Virus record (IMG/VR): IMGVR_UViG_3300028654_000014
Coordinates: 1 to 64,000 of that record
Reading direction: 5' to 3' (one strand)
Source of the DNA: a virus
DNA: 64,000 nucleotides
Shown: positions 1 to 10,064 of the stretch, piece after piece
Numbering within the stretch: the stretch's first letter is position 1
Layout of the letters: each line of letters begins with the position of its first letter
Made by a program: the position numbers and the translations under genes
Notes under the pieces: generated by a model
Database searches by the model: none
The model's input: the letters and a program-made list of their open reading frames with translations, nothing else
Told to the model about the DNA's origin: nothing

Positions 1-27
1 GCAAAAATTGTAAAGTTGTATTAAAAT

Positions 28-219
28 ATGAATAATATAGTAATGGTTATAAATTCAGATTATCCTAGCCCTAAAACTACTATGTTTAATTTATTATCTA
101 ATAAAGGAATAGGGTTTTTAGAAAAAGAGAGATTTATAGGAATGAAAAAATTTGATATTGAAAAAGAAAAACAATATCATTTAAATCAAAATTGGAAGAT
201 ATTAATTGAGTACGAATAA
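28..219 (+). CDS. tagged micro-ORF (ends NWKILIEYE)
   Basis: ORF track; C-terminal hydrophobic-hydrophobic-x-Y-E motif. Confidence 0.7.
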   Translation: MNNIVMVINSDYPSPKTTMFNLLSNKGIGFLEKERFIGMKKFDIEKEKQYHLNQNWKILIEYE

Positions 220-238
220 CAACTAAAAATAGGTAACA

Positions 239-442
239 ATGAATACATTATTTATAAGAAATTGGTTTCAAAATAGTATACAATTGAATCTTGTAAGAAG
301 GAATGAAGATTATACCTATAGTATTAGATATTTAGAAAGTAGGGCAGCGTTTAAAAATTATCAACCAAATAACATAACATTTGAAGTGATAATAAACGAT
401 CATTTACGAAATAATTGGAAGATATTAATGATTTATGATTGA
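239..442 (+). CDS. tagged micro-ORF (ends NWKILMIYD)
   Basis: ORF track; shares AATTGGAAGATATTAAT with 28..219. Confidence 0.7.
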   Translation: MNTLFIRNWFQNSIQLNLVRRNEDYTYSIRYLESRAAFKNYQPNNITFEVIINDHLRNNWKILMIYD

Positions 443-578
443 ATATTATATAGAAATATGGAATGATTATAATTATTTTTGTACTAAAGATAAATATTAT
501 TCTATTTTTCATAAAGAATTTAGACATAATTTTATAAGTGCAGTGAAAAAAGTCCCTCTGTTTACAATAGAGGATTAA
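435..578 (+). CDS. micro-ORF MIEYYIEIW...LFTIED (degenerate family member)
   Basis: Hand-translated; ATG overlaps the TATGATTGA junction of the previous ORF. Confidence 0.5.
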   Translation: MIEYYIEIWNDYNYFCTKDKYYSIFHKEFRHNFISAVKKVPLFTIED

Positions 579-816
579 AGTTAGGTGTGAAGCTAAATAT
601 TAAAACACCAGTCATAATAGGATGTTATGATTAATAAACATATAAAATAGCGCATACTAGTTTGAAAACTGTCTCAAGGTGCCCTATTAGTTTCAAAGAT
701 AAATGCTAATTCTTGGCTGTTAACATCTTTTAAACCCTTTATTATACTATGGAAAAGTATAACTATTTTTAAATCCCCGCCCTAATATTAATAAAAGTTG
801 TGTATTCAAAATCAGA

Positions 817-968
817 TGACAATCGAAGCATAAAGCGAAGATTGTCAATCTATTAAACACTGTCAAACTTATTCCAATATAAATCAATCAGTTAGTAATT
901 ATTGTATTTAAGTTAGTCATTTGTGTATCTTGTAAGTGATTGAAATCATTGTTGGCCCAAGGTTTGCA
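817..968 (+). promoter_or_regulatory. sigma54-type promoter with IHF site and upstream inverted repeat
   Basis: TTGGCCCAAGGTTTGCA (GG 954-955, N10, GC 966-967); AATCAATCAGTTA 882-894 matches IHF consensus WATCAANNNNTTR; inverted repeat TGACAATC 817-824 / GATTGTCA 840-847. Confidence 0.6.
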
Positions 969-981
969 TTAATAATCAAGT

Positions 982-1194
982 ATGAAACATTCAATAACAG
1001 TCCAAATATTCAAACAAGCTAATACTAATGATGAGTTCATTATTGAAACAGATCTTTGTATTGAATTTAAATTAGATGGTAATACAACAGAGTTAATAAC
1101 TAATATAGATGAATACAAAGAATTGAATCCTAGTATTGAAAAATCAATAGATTATGAAATTAGTAGATTTGTATTAAATGGTGGAATATTTTAG
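982..1194 (+). CDS. hypothetical protein
   Basis: ORF just downstream of the -24/-12 element. Confidence 0.65.
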   Translation: MKHSITVQIFKQANTNDEFIIETDLCIEFKLDGNTTELITNIDEYKELNPSIEKSIDYEISRFVLNGGIF

Positions 1195-1223
1195 TTGCGA
1201 AAAATATAAGAAATAGATATAAT
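1195..1223 (+). promoter_or_regulatory. sigma70-type promoter
   Basis: TTGCGA-17-TATAAT, followed by GAGG and ATG 1242. Confidence 0.65.
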
Positions 1224-1241
1224 ATTAAAGTGAGGTATTAA

Positions 1242-1682
1242 ATGTTTTGTATGAAGTGTAAATTACTACCACCATTAAAATATAAAGAAGTAAAATATAA
1301 AGATCATCGAAATAGAAATTATACTCAAGTTATAATGAAAGATAAAACTGTTCTCAATTTTGAAACAGATGATCATATTATTGAATATGAACGTACTTTA
1401 AATTCAAATCCTTATAATACTTATACAAGTATTAAAGATACTGAAAAATTTAAATTATTTGAAAAAAATAATAAAGTTGAAATCATAGTGAATTTTAAAG
1501 AAATAGTAAGAAGGACAAATAATCATAATCTCCATAATAATGATATTACTTTTTCATCATTTGTCGATAATGATAAATCAGAAACTTTAATTAGAAAAAA
1601 TGAAATACAAACTATTAAATTTTCTAAAACTTCATTGGAAGAAGTTGAATGTATTAGATTTGAATTGGAGGAAAGAAAATGA
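1242..1682 (+). CDS. hypothetical protein
   Basis: ORF with SD; starts a coupled chain of small genes (1679..1873, 1870..2079, 2351..2536, 2533..2760, 2757..3023, 3004..3291, 3288..3488, 3485..3634). Confidence 0.7.
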   Translation: MFCMKCKLLPPLKYKEVKYKDHRNRNYTQVIMKDKTVLNFETDDHIIEYERTLNSNPYNTYTSIKDTEKFKLFEKNNKVEIIVNFKEIVRRTNNHNLHNNDITFSSFVDNDKSETLIRKNEIQTIKFSKTSLEEVECIRFELEERK

Positions 1683-2075
1683 TTGTAAAAGGATTTAAAC
1701 AAGGTAATACTGAAATAATGGTAACAGCAACAGAAAAGCATAAATATAGTGCTATTAAGCTAATAGAAGGTGCAGAGCCACAATTTATGTTCAATATGGA
1801 TTATGAAGATTCAACAGATATATTTGATTATTGGTTAGATGATTTACAAGGAATAGAAAGGAATATTGAATGAATAAGTTAGAACCAAAACAAATTACAT
1901 TGGATAAAGCAGCGGAAATTTTAAAGCTTGCGACACAAACTATTACACTTTTAAGTACACAACTTGGAATACTAAAACAAGCAGCTTTACAAGAAATTGA
2001 TAATTCATCGGATCAAAAGACACGACAAAAATTAACAGAAGCTTTTGAAGATTGTGAAAGAATGGAGATTAAACA

Positions 2076-2354
2076 ATGAAAGAAACAATAACAATTCATT
2101 GTTCTATAAATAATATTACTTTTACCGTTTTAAAAGAATTTGAAATTCAATGTCCAAATTATAAAGATTTTGCAACAAATAAATGGATTGAAAAATACAA
2201 TATTTTAAAATTTCTTCATAATGAAAATGGACCGGCAGTAATTGATCACAAATCAGATATAAGAACATATTTTTTAGATGGTAGATTTATAGGAAATACA
2301 GTTGATAATGATGAAAAACTTAAACAATTTCTAAAGGAAAGGGAAAACAAATGA
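2076..2354 (+). CDS. hypothetical protein, paralog of 28880..29179
   Basis: Shared NNITFT...CP...EK.NI.KF.HN.NGP.V.DHK....TYFL.G pattern. Confidence 0.75.
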   Translation: MKETITIHCSINNITFTVLKEFEIQCPNYKDFATNKWIEKYNILKFLHNENGPAVIDHKSDIRTYFLDGRFIGNTVDNDEKLKQFLKERENK

Positions 2355-3633
2355 AAAAAGTTAAACATATTCAAGAAGTTGGCGAATGGAATGTTAAAAC
2401 TGATTTTAATAACGAATATGATACAATAGTTAATGAATTATCTTTAAAAAGATATTTAGAAGATGCTCCAGAAGTTATCAAAGCAATACAAAATAATATG
2501 AAGTTTTGTAAACAAAAATTGAAGGAGTTAAAATGAAAAAATACACATATACTTGTGATTGTAAATCAAAAAGAAGTGCTCCCGTTATGAAACAAACAGA
2601 AGTTAATGATAATAAACAATGTATAAAGTGTGGACATTTTGCATTTTTAACAGAAATTAGAAATGGAAGGGTTTGGACTCATGAAATGAAAGAATCAATG
2701 AGAAATCAAAAACCCACTTCAAGTTTTGATGAAAGATTTCTTTATATGGGTGAAAAATGATTAGGATACGATATAATCATTCTAATGGGAAATTAGTAAG
2801 TAAAGACAGTTTTCTATCGACAAATAATTTAGTATATGTTATACTAATTCCAAGTACATTAGAAGGCTTTATAAACCATAAGGAAGAGGTTTTAACAAGT
2901 TTTAAGGCAAAGACACTTCCAGCGTTAAAAAAGCTTGCTAAAAGGCAATTACAAGCGTTAGGAGTGGTTTTTAAGAATGAACTTAGAGCAAGAGTAAAGG
3001 ATTTTGGACAAAATGAAAAATAATTATGAATTGGAATGGAAAAGAGCCAAAGAAATTCAAGACGAATTGATATTAAACAAAGCAATTTATCAAGAATTAG
3101 TAAAACCTTTTACTGATAAATTACCAGATTTATTAAAAGATAATTTTCGTTTTGAAGATGAAATTGAAAAGAATTTTGATAGTGTTGTAAAATGGGCAAT
3201 AGCAGCGGAATTGCATAAAAGGATTAATGTTAATATTGATGATGCTTTTATAGAAATTGAATCTCAAGACATAAAGGAATATTTGAAATGATGATTTTAT
3301 TAGGTATTTTATGGTATGTAATTGGTTCAACAGGATTTATTTATTGGTGGACAAATGAATTTGATTTAAAATCAAGTGAAATTCCTTTATTATTAATTAC
3401 AGGATTTTTAGGACCTTTATCATTTATAATAGGTTATTTACTTCATGGAGAAAAATGTTCTAAAGTTATTATGAGGAAAAGAAAATGATTATTTTAGGAA
3501 TTGGACTTATTTTTCTTGCTTTAATTTCTAATTTGTTGTATTATGAAATGAGAGTTTTTAAGGGATTAAATGCCGAGCCTAAAAATATTGATAAAGCTTA
3601 TACAAATTATTTATTGAATAAGAGATACAAATA

Positions 3634-3807
3634 ATGGCTAAGAAATATACTTTATATTTAGATAATGAAAAACATGAAGATACTAGATATATGGAATTTA
3701 TATCCATGTCTTACAACGATATTATCTATATTTCTAATGATATATTAATTTATCCAAAACAACAAACAATACACGATAGTTTTGTTAAAATATTGGAATA
3801 CAAATGA
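3634..3807 (+). CDS. tagged micro-ORF MAKKYTLYL...VKILEYK
   Basis: Hand-translated 57 aa; ATGA overlap with 3804..4001. Confidence 0.75.
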   Translation: MAKKYTLYLDNEKHEDTRYMEFISMSYNDIIYISNDILIYPKQQTIHDSFVKILEYK

Positions 3808-3979
3808 CATTCGCACAAAAACAAGAACTTAAATTAATAATCCAAAGACTATCCAAAATGGATTATAATAGGAATAGAATCAAACAAATATTAGTTAGCA
3901 AGAATTTATATTTTAATTTTACAAGTCCAATGATATTTGTAAAGAAGAATTTAGGATATAAGGTTTTGGAATATGTTGA

Positions 3980-4351
3980 TTGGTTGGAGGAAACAAAATG
4001 AAACATTTTTATGCATCAATGATTGCATTATCATTTGTTGGAATATTATTTTTATTATTCAATCCAAATAATTCAATTCTCAAACATAAACCACAACATA
4101 AAGTTGATGAATTTTTTGAACATTGGACTTTAGGAAATGAATTTGAGAATCCAAAATTATTAAATACTGGAAAAATATTAAAAGTTGGTAAAGATAATTA
4201 TTTTTTACATGAAATTGATTGTCTTGTAATTAAATATAATTTAAATCCAAGAAATACAACAGAAAGTATTAGTTATTTTGATGAAAGATATAAAATAGTT
4301 ACATTAGAACAAATGTTAAATGATCTTCAAAAAGAATGTAATTTGAAATGA
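3980..4351 (+). CDS. hypothetical protein with N-terminal hydrophobic segment
   Basis: ORF track; MIALSFVGILFLLF. Confidence 0.6.
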   Translation: MVGGNKMKHFYASMIALSFVGILFLLFNPNNSILKHKPQHKVDEFFEHWTLGNEFENPKLLNTGKILKVGKDNYFLHEIDCLVIKYNLNPRNTTESISYFDERYKIVTLEQMLNDLQKECNLK

Positions 4352-4575
4352 CCTGTAATTGTAAAGCAAATCATATTTATCATGATGGATCTTATGTTTG
4401 TTCGGGATGCGGGAGAAATAAAACCCTTGAACATTTAAATCAATTAGGATATGATTTTAATACAGATTTAAAAGATTATGTAAATAAGGATGGATGTTTG
4501 ATTCATAAATGGAAATCTTATGAAGGTTTCAAAGAAAAATATAACTATTGTGAAGTTTGTGGACAAAAAGAATAA
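4348..4575 (+). CDS. small Cys-rich (Zn-ribbon) protein
   Basis: CxC, CSGCG, HKWKSYEG...YCEVCG. Confidence 0.65.
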   Translation: MTCNCKANHIYHDGSYVCSGCGRNKTLEHLNQLGYDFNTDLKDYVNKDGCLIHKWKSYEGFKEKYNYCEVCGQKE

Positions 4576-4732
4576 ATTATATTATGATATATTTTTTACT
4601 AAAGAAATCCCACAGTTTTGGGTTGTCACAAAAGATAATATATTAATTGATATGAGTTCTAAATTCTCTCTTAGAGATACAAAATTAAATAACAAATTAA
4701 ATGATCCATTAATATTAGAATACGAGGATTAG
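4559..4732 (+). CDS. tagged micro-ORF (ends LILEYED)
   Basis: In ORF-track 4520..4732; GTG 4559 start preferred; contains NKLYY. Confidence 0.65.
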   Translation: MDKKNKLYYDIFFTKEIPQFWVVTKDNILIDMSSKFSLRDTKLNNKLNDPLILEYED

Positions 4733-4734
4733 AA

Positions 4735-6375
4735 ATGCAACAAATGTCTGAATTTTCCAAAACAATCATGCTTCAAAAATACTCCCAAACTTTAAAAGAT
4801 GGTTCAAAAGAAACTTGGGATAATATTTCTTATAGAGTAACCAAAAATGTTATGAAAAGTGTTGGACTTTCAATGAAAGATCAACTTTCAAAAGATATAT
4901 TTGAAGCTATTAAAGATAGAAAATTTATCCCAGGTGGAAGATATCTTTATAGTGCCGGAAGAAATTATCATCAAACACAAAACTGTTTACTATTAAGAGC
5001 AGAAGATTCAAGAGAAGGATGGGCAGATTTATTACAAAAATCAACTCTAGCTTTAATGACTGGAGCTGGAATTGGAATAGTTTATAGTGATATTAGAGGT
5101 GAGGGAAAATTAATAAGAAGTACAGGTGGAAGTTCCACGGGACCAATTTGTTTAATGCAAATGATAAATGAAGCAGGACGAGGAATAATGCAAGGAGGGT
5201 CAAGAAGATCTGCAATATGGGCTGGACTTCATTGGAATCATCCAGACATTCAAAAATTCATTCATATAAAAGATTGGTCAAATGATATAAAGATTTTAAA
5301 AGAAAAAGATTTTAATTTCCCAGCAACATTAGATGGTACAAATATTTCTGTAATATTAGATGATGAATTCTTTGAAGCTTATAAAGATGAGAAACATGAA
5401 TTACATTCAATGGCTCAAAATGTTTATTGGGAAACAATGAGACAAATGTTGAAAACTGCCGAGCCTGGCTTTTCAATTGATGTAGGAGAAAATAAGAATG
5501 AAAATCTTAGGAATGCATGTACAGAAATTACTTCTAGAGATGATTCAGACATTTGTAATCTTGGTTCTATCAATTTATCTCGCATTAATAATCACAGTGA
5601 AATGGAACATATCGTCAATTGCTCCACATCATTTCTCCTTGCTGGAACTGTTTATAGCGATGTTCCTTACGCTCAAGTGGATAAAGTTCGAACTAAAAAT
5701 CGAAGATTAGGTCTAGGATTAATGGGAATTCATGAATGGCTTTTAAAAAATGGTAAAAGTTATGGTAAAGATGATGAATTACAAAAATATCTAGAAATAT
5801 ATCAAACATCTACAAAGATTGCTCATAAATATGCAAAAGAGTGGGAATTATCAAAACCTATTAAAACTCGTGCAATAGCCCCAACAGGTTCAATTGGAAT
5901 TTTAGGAGAAACAACTACAGGCTGTGAACCAATTTTCTGTATTGCATACAAAAGAAGATATTTAAAACATTCAACATGGAACTATCAATATGTAATAGAT
6001 CCAACAGCAAAACGATTAATTGAATCAGGAATCAATCCTGATATTATTGAAGATGCTTATTCAATTGATTTTGAACGAAGAGTTGAAATGCAAAGTTGGT
6101 TACAAAAATATGTAGATCATTCAATAAGTAGTACAATTAATATGCCCAAATGGGGAACAGAAACCAATAATGAAAATACTGTAAGAAAATATGGTGATAT
6201 TTTAATGAAATATTTACCAACTTTAAGAGGTATGACAATTTATCCAAATGAAGCAAGAGGTGGACAACCATTAGTAAGAGTAGATTATAATACAGCTGTT
6301 AGTAATGTTGGACAAGTTTTTGTAGAACAAGCTGATTTATGTGATATTACTGGAAAAGGAAGTTGTGGATCGTAA
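4735..6375 (+). CDS. nrdJ: class II (adenosylcobalamin-dependent) ribonucleotide reductase
   Basis: FIPGGR, NC, NACTE, CNLGSINL, GLGLMG, IAPTGS, ISSTIN motifs; C-terminal Cys pair; no NrdB gene in window. Confidence 0.85.
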   Translation: MQQMSEFSKTIMLQKYSQTLKDGSKETWDNISYRVTKNVMKSVGLSMKDQLSKDIFEAIKDRKFIPGGRYLYSAGRNYHQTQNCLLLRAEDSREGWADLLQKSTLALMTGAGIGIVYSDIRGEGKLIRSTGGSSTGPICLMQMINEAGRGIMQGGSRRSAIWAGLHWNHPDIQKFIHIKDWSNDIKILKEKDFNFPATLDGTNISVILDDEFFEAYKDEKHELHSMAQNVYWETMRQMLKTAEPGFSIDVGENKNENLRNACTEITSRDDSDICNLGSINLSRINNHSEMEHIVNCSTSFLLAGTVYSDVPYAQVDKVRTKNRRLGLGLMGIHEWLLKNGKSYGKDDELQKYLEIYQTSTKIAHKYAKEWELSKPIKTRAIAPTGSIGILGETTTGCEPIFCIAYKRRYLKHSTWNYQYVIDPTAKRLIESGINPDIIEDAYSIDFERRVEMQSWLQKYVDHSISSTINMPKWGTETNNENTVRKYGDILMKYLPTLRGMTIYPNEARGGQPLVRVDYNTAVSNVGQVFVEQADLCDITGKGSCGS

Positions 6376-6589
6376 TGCTTTAATATGTATTCATGATAAT
6401 GAATCCGAACCATCTTTTATAACCAAAAAATCATTAGATGATTATCCTATAGATTCTTGGAAAGAAAAGTTATTGGTAACTTTTATGAAAACTTTTTATC
6501 CCTTTTCACTTAAATTACTAATAAAAGTTGTAAATATAATTGATAAAGATATTACAGCTAAATCTACTATAATTTTAAGGTACGAATGA
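6365..6589 (+). CDS. tagged small ORF (ends IILRYE)
   Basis: ORF-track 6341..6589; GTG 6365 after AAAGGA. Confidence 0.65.
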   Translation: MDRNALICIHDNESEPSFITKKSLDDYPIDSWKEKLLVTFMKTFYPFSLKLLIKVVNIIDKDITAKSTIILRYE

Positions 6590-6795
6590 AAATCGGTGAT
6601 AAAGTTAAACTCTCAGATATTTGCCGCAAAAGATTCCATTTATTAGATGGAAATTTAGCCTTTACAAATTGCACTTTATTTTTTGATAAAGAATACGAAA
6701 TATCTGAAGTTCTTCCAAATGGTTATAAACTCAAAGGTATGAATTTAAAATATCCCTTATGGGAAGAATTAATTACCAGTTCCATTTCCAAATAA
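6586..6795 (+). CDS. hypothetical protein (KIGDKVK, KOW/SH3-like start)
   Basis: ORF track. Confidence 0.6.
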   Translation: MKIGDKVKLSDICRKRFHLLDGNLAFTNCTLFFDKEYEISEVLPNGYKLKGMNLKYPLWEELITSSISK

Positions 6796-7105
6796 CATTG
6801 TATTGCTGAGAAGAATTTGTCAAATCAAATGATAAATTATCACAAAATGGTTTTAAAGGAGCAGAGAGTTTAATCTCTTGTTTTTTATAAGCATCAAAAG
6901 CCCCGCCAATAATTGCCCCGCCAACAATAAATCTTCTATCAATTGTATTATAAAAGTCTTTTTCTTCAATCTTTTGAACTTCATCAACTTCCTTTTTAGT
7001 TCCAGATTGAGCATAGGAAGCTTTTAAAGAGCTTTTACAAGCATCTCCATTGAAATTAAAGTTCAATTGCATATAAACACACATTTGGGCAAATAATTCT
7101 TCCAT
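6773..7105 (-). CDS. lone reverse-strand hypothetical protein ending YNVIWKWNW
   Basis: ORF-track 6773..7141; ATG 7105 lies just downstream of a minus-strand TATAAT. Confidence 0.65.
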   Translation of the reverse strand: MEELFAQMCVYMQLNFNFNGDACKSSLKASYAQSGTKKEVDEVQKIEEKDFYNTIDRRFIVGGAIIGGAFDAYKKQEIKLSAPLKPFCDNLSFDLTNSSQQYNVIWKWNW

Positions 7106-7112
7106 TATCAAT

Positions 7113-7148
7113 ATTATACTTGTAATAGATAAAAAATTCAAGTATAAT
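7113..7148. promoter_or_regulatory. symmetric bidirectional sigma70 promoter
   Basis: 10-bp inverted repeat ATTATACTTG / CAAGTATAAT; + strand TTGTAA-17-TATAAT, - strand TTGAAT-17-TATAAT. Confidence 0.7.
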
Positions 7149-7296
7149 CTTTAAATGAAGTTTAAAATCATTAAATCTCAAAATAGATCAATAATATCAT
7201 ATGGATACATAAAATCTATTAAATTCTTATGGATTAATATTTTTACATTGACTTTTATGATAGATTTAAAGTAATATAGAGGAAAGGAGTTAAAAA

Positions 7297-7497
7297 ATGA
7301 ATGATATAAAGAATCTATTATCAGAGGAAGAAATTGATAAGTTAATAAATGAATTGGACTTTGAAGAAAGTCAAACCCAATTTGATTTTGATGATATTAG
7401 GGATCATAATGAAACATTGTGTGATCATCAATTTATAAATTATACAGGATTAAATGAACAATATCAATTCTGTACAGTTTGCGGGGAAAAAAGGTGA
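7297..7497 (+). CDS. small protein with C-terminal Zn-ribbon
   Basis: AAGGAG SD; CDHQFINYTG...FCTVCG. Confidence 0.7.
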   Translation: MNDIKNLLSEEEIDKLINELDFEESQTQFDFDDIRDHNETLCDHQFINYTGLNEQYQFCTVCGEKR

Positions 7498-7673
7498 CAA
7501 CATTATTTATTTCATCTCATAAAGAACATTCAATAAGATGGAGAATCTTTAAAGAAGGAGATTATAATTTATATATGTTTCTAGATGATGGAAAATTAAA
7601 CGTATCTCAATTCAATGTAAATGATATTGGTGTAACACCTAATACTTTAAGGTATATTCTTAAATATGAATAA
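7494..7673 (+). CDS. tagged micro-ORF (ends YILKYE)
   Basis: GTGA overlap with previous stop. Confidence 0.7.
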   Translation: MTTLFISSHKEHSIRWRIFKEGDYNLYMFLDDGKLNVSQFNVNDIGVTPNTLRYILKYE

Positions 7674-7836
7674 ATTCATTTACAATCAATTTTCAGATTT
7701 TACTTATGAATTAGAAAGAGATGAAAAACTTTATATACTTCTTTCTGATAAAAATTTTCATGAATTTAATTATACAGATTTAAGTAAACAATCTACATGG
7801 TATAAGGAAAGAAAGATAGTAATGGTTTATGAATAA
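7666..7836 (+). CDS. tagged micro-ORF MNKFIY...IVMVYE
   Basis: Hand-translated; TATGAATAA junctions at both ends. Confidence 0.75.
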   Translation: MNKFIYNQFSDFTYELERDEKLYILLSDKNFHEFNYTDLSKQSTWYKERKIVMVYE

Positions 7837-7996
7837 ATTTTATTACACGATTCATCCAAAAGGAGATAGTAGTTGGTTAATTTATAGAATTTTGATTAAT
7901 AATAAATTATATTTTCATGATATTGATGACGAACTTCGTAAATCACATTTTGAATTAGATGATTCTAGATTAAAGGAAATACTTCAATATGAATAA
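7829..7996 (+). CDS. tagged micro-ORF MNKFYY...EILQYE
   Basis: Hand-translated. Confidence 0.75.
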   Translation: MNKFYYTIHPKGDSSWLIYRILINNKLYFHDIDDELRKSHFELDDSRLKEILQYE

Positions 7997-8168
7997 ATTA
8001 GGATATTATAATAAATATTCAGATAAAAGTTCTTTATTTATTGTAAAAGGTGAAATTAATATGTTGTATATTGAAGGTTCTCAATTTGATTCCCCGCATA
8101 TAATTAAGAATTATGATCTATGGCATCCAGAAATGAATTATAGCATATGGATATGTGAATATGAATAA
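7989..8168 (+). CDS. tagged micro-ORF MNKLGYY...WICEYE
   Basis: Hand-translated. Confidence 0.75.
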   Translation: MNKLGYYNKYSDKSSLFIVKGEINMLYIEGSQFDSPHIIKNYDLWHPEMNYSIWICEYE

Positions 8169-9153
8169 ACTTTCATTTTCCTCAGTAAATCTTTATAATC
8201 AATGTAGTTATTGTTATTATTTAAAATATATTGAAAAGATTTATCCAAAAAGAATTAAATCATCATTATTATTTGGTACAGCAATTGATAAAGCTTTAAA
8301 TCATTTATTGCTCGAAAAGAATTTAGAAGCAGCAAAACAAGTCTTTATAGATAATTGGACAACAGGTAAAATTAATTACAAACCAGTACAATTAGAAGGA
8401 AGTGATTTAATAATCTATTCAAAATCTGATTTAGATTTAGAATTCTTAAAACATTCTACAAAAACTAAACCAAAAGATTTAAACTGGTCAAGTTTGTATT
8501 TTAAAGGTTTATTATTTATAAAAGCTTATTATGAAAAAGTCCTTCCGCGAATCAAAAATGTAATTAGTATTCAAGAATCAATTTCCATTAAAAATCACGA
8601 AGGTGATCAAATTGCTGGAAATATGGATATTATAGTTGAATGGGAAGATGGAAAAAGATATTTGTTAGATAATAAAACAACCACTTATAAATATGAAGCA
8701 AAAGATGCCCAAGAAAGTCCACAATTAAACCTTTATGATTATATTATTCATGATAAATATAAATTAGATGGTATAGGATTTATTGTTTTAAATAAGAAGA
8801 TTAATAAGAATAAGGTGAAAAAATGTAAAAGTTGCGAGGCAATAAATAATAGTAGTCATAAAACTTGTAATCAAGAATTACCTATTATTGGACCACTTAA
8901 AAGATGTAATGGTGAATTTGAAATAACAATCAATCCTTCAGTAGATATTGATTTCATATTTGATAAAATAGATCCAAACATTCAAAACAAAGTGATTGAA
9001 AATTTTGATGAAACTAATAATAAAATAGCTAATAAAGAGTTTAATATGGAACATAATCCAATAAGAGGTAAATATGGATTTTGCGATTATAAAGAATATT
9101 ATGAAGGGAATGAAGAATTTATTAGGATGGCGAAAAAAGAATCAAAGGATTGA
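8161..9153 (+). CDS. PD-(D/E)XK (RecB/Cas4-like) exonuclease
   Basis: LSFSSVNLYNQC, FGTAID, E...GNMD...LLDNKTT, QLNLY motifs. Confidence 0.8.
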   Translation: MNKLSFSSVNLYNQCSYCYYLKYIEKIYPKRIKSSLLFGTAIDKALNHLLLEKNLEAAKQVFIDNWTTGKINYKPVQLEGSDLIIYSKSDLDLEFLKHSTKTKPKDLNWSSLYFKGLLFIKAYYEKVLPRIKNVISIQESISIKNHEGDQIAGNMDIIVEWEDGKRYLLDNKTTTYKYEAKDAQESPQLNLYDYIIHDKYKLDGIGFIVLNKKINKNKVKKCKSCEAINNSSHKTCNQELPIIGPLKRCNGEFEITINPSVDIDFIFDKIDPNIQNKVIENFDETNNKIANKEFNMEHNPIRGKYGFCDYKEYYEGNEEFIRMAKKESKD

Positions 9154-9245
9154 TGAAATATTCAATAAACCCATGCCTTTAGGAACTGGAGACTATTATA
9201 GAGGTTATAAGGATTGTTTTGAACAATTAAAACAACAGATTTATA

Positions 9246-9274
9246 TTGACAATAGGGAAGAATAATGGTATTGT
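9246..9274 (+). promoter_or_regulatory. sigma70-type promoter
   Basis: TTGACA-17-TATTGT with extended -10 TG. Confidence 0.55.
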
Positions 9275-9377
9275 ATATATACAGAGATTTAACTTTCAGT
9301 GTAGAATGGACTATAACACCTACTCCAATCCAAAGGGAATTCATAAAAAGTGATTACTTAACAAAAAGGATTATAAT

Positions 9378-10064
9378 TTGCGAATATTGTTAATGATTTT
9401 AATAAGTTTGAATTTACAGGCAAAAACTCTCAGAGTATTAGAAATTGATACTGGAATTTCACTTTCCCATCAAGAAATTACAGATCATATTGATTTTAGT
9501 AACTTTAATAGAGCAGATTATATAGATGATCATCCAATTTCCCACGGAACTCATATAGCAGGTTTAATAGTTAAAGATACATGTAAACAAGTAGAATTGA
9601 TAAGCTGTAAATACTTCTTTCAAAATACATCACAAGATGTTATAAGAAATGAGATTAATTGTTTTAAAAGAGCTTTAACTTTAAATATTGATGTTATAAA
9701 CTATTCATCTTATGGATATTCTTATGTTAAAGAAGAATATGAACTTTTAAAGCAATTGAGGGATAAAAATATAATAATTATTACATCTGCCGGAAATGAA
9801 GGAAATGATATTTCATTAAAAAGAAACAGAAGATACTTATCAGGATATGATTTATCAAATATTATAGTAGTTGGGAATTTAGAAGCTAATGGAATAAAGA
9901 ATCCTACTAGTAATTATGGATTTCCAGGGATGAAATGGGAGTTGGGAACTGATATTTATTCAACATTAGCCAATGGAAAATTTGGATATTTAACTGGAAG
10001 TTCACAAGCAACTGCAATTCACACAAACAAATGGTTAAAGAAAAAATGTCTAGAGCTAAATTAG
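9378..10064 (+). CDS. subtilisin-like (S8) serine protease with signal peptide
   Basis: IDTG, HGTHIAG, SAGN, GSSQATA catalytic motifs; hydrophobic N-terminus; TTG start. Confidence 0.85.
   Translation: MRILLMILISLNLQAKTLRVLEIDTGISLSHQEITDHIDFSNFNRADYIDDHPISHGTHIAGLIVKDTCKQVELISCKYFFQNTSQDVIRNEINCFKRALTLNIDVINYSSYGYSYVKEEYELLKQLRDKNIIIITSAGNEGNDISLKRNRRYLSGYDLSNIIVVGNLEANGIKNPTSNYGFPGMKWELGTDIYSTLANGKFGYLTGSSQATAIHTNKWLKKKCLELN

Noticed and set aside
3780-3810. Tag is merely a Shine-Dalgarno by-product, or a proteasome HbYX motif
   Set aside because: Many units lack GGA (ILTY, ILKY, ILQY, VLNY) yet keep the peptide pattern. HbYX needs a hydrophobic residue before Tyr, where this family mostly has E, R or T.
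9281-9377. Riboswitch or ncRNA in the protease leader
   Set aside because: Only weak pairing (TGGA/TCCA) and no recognisable motif.
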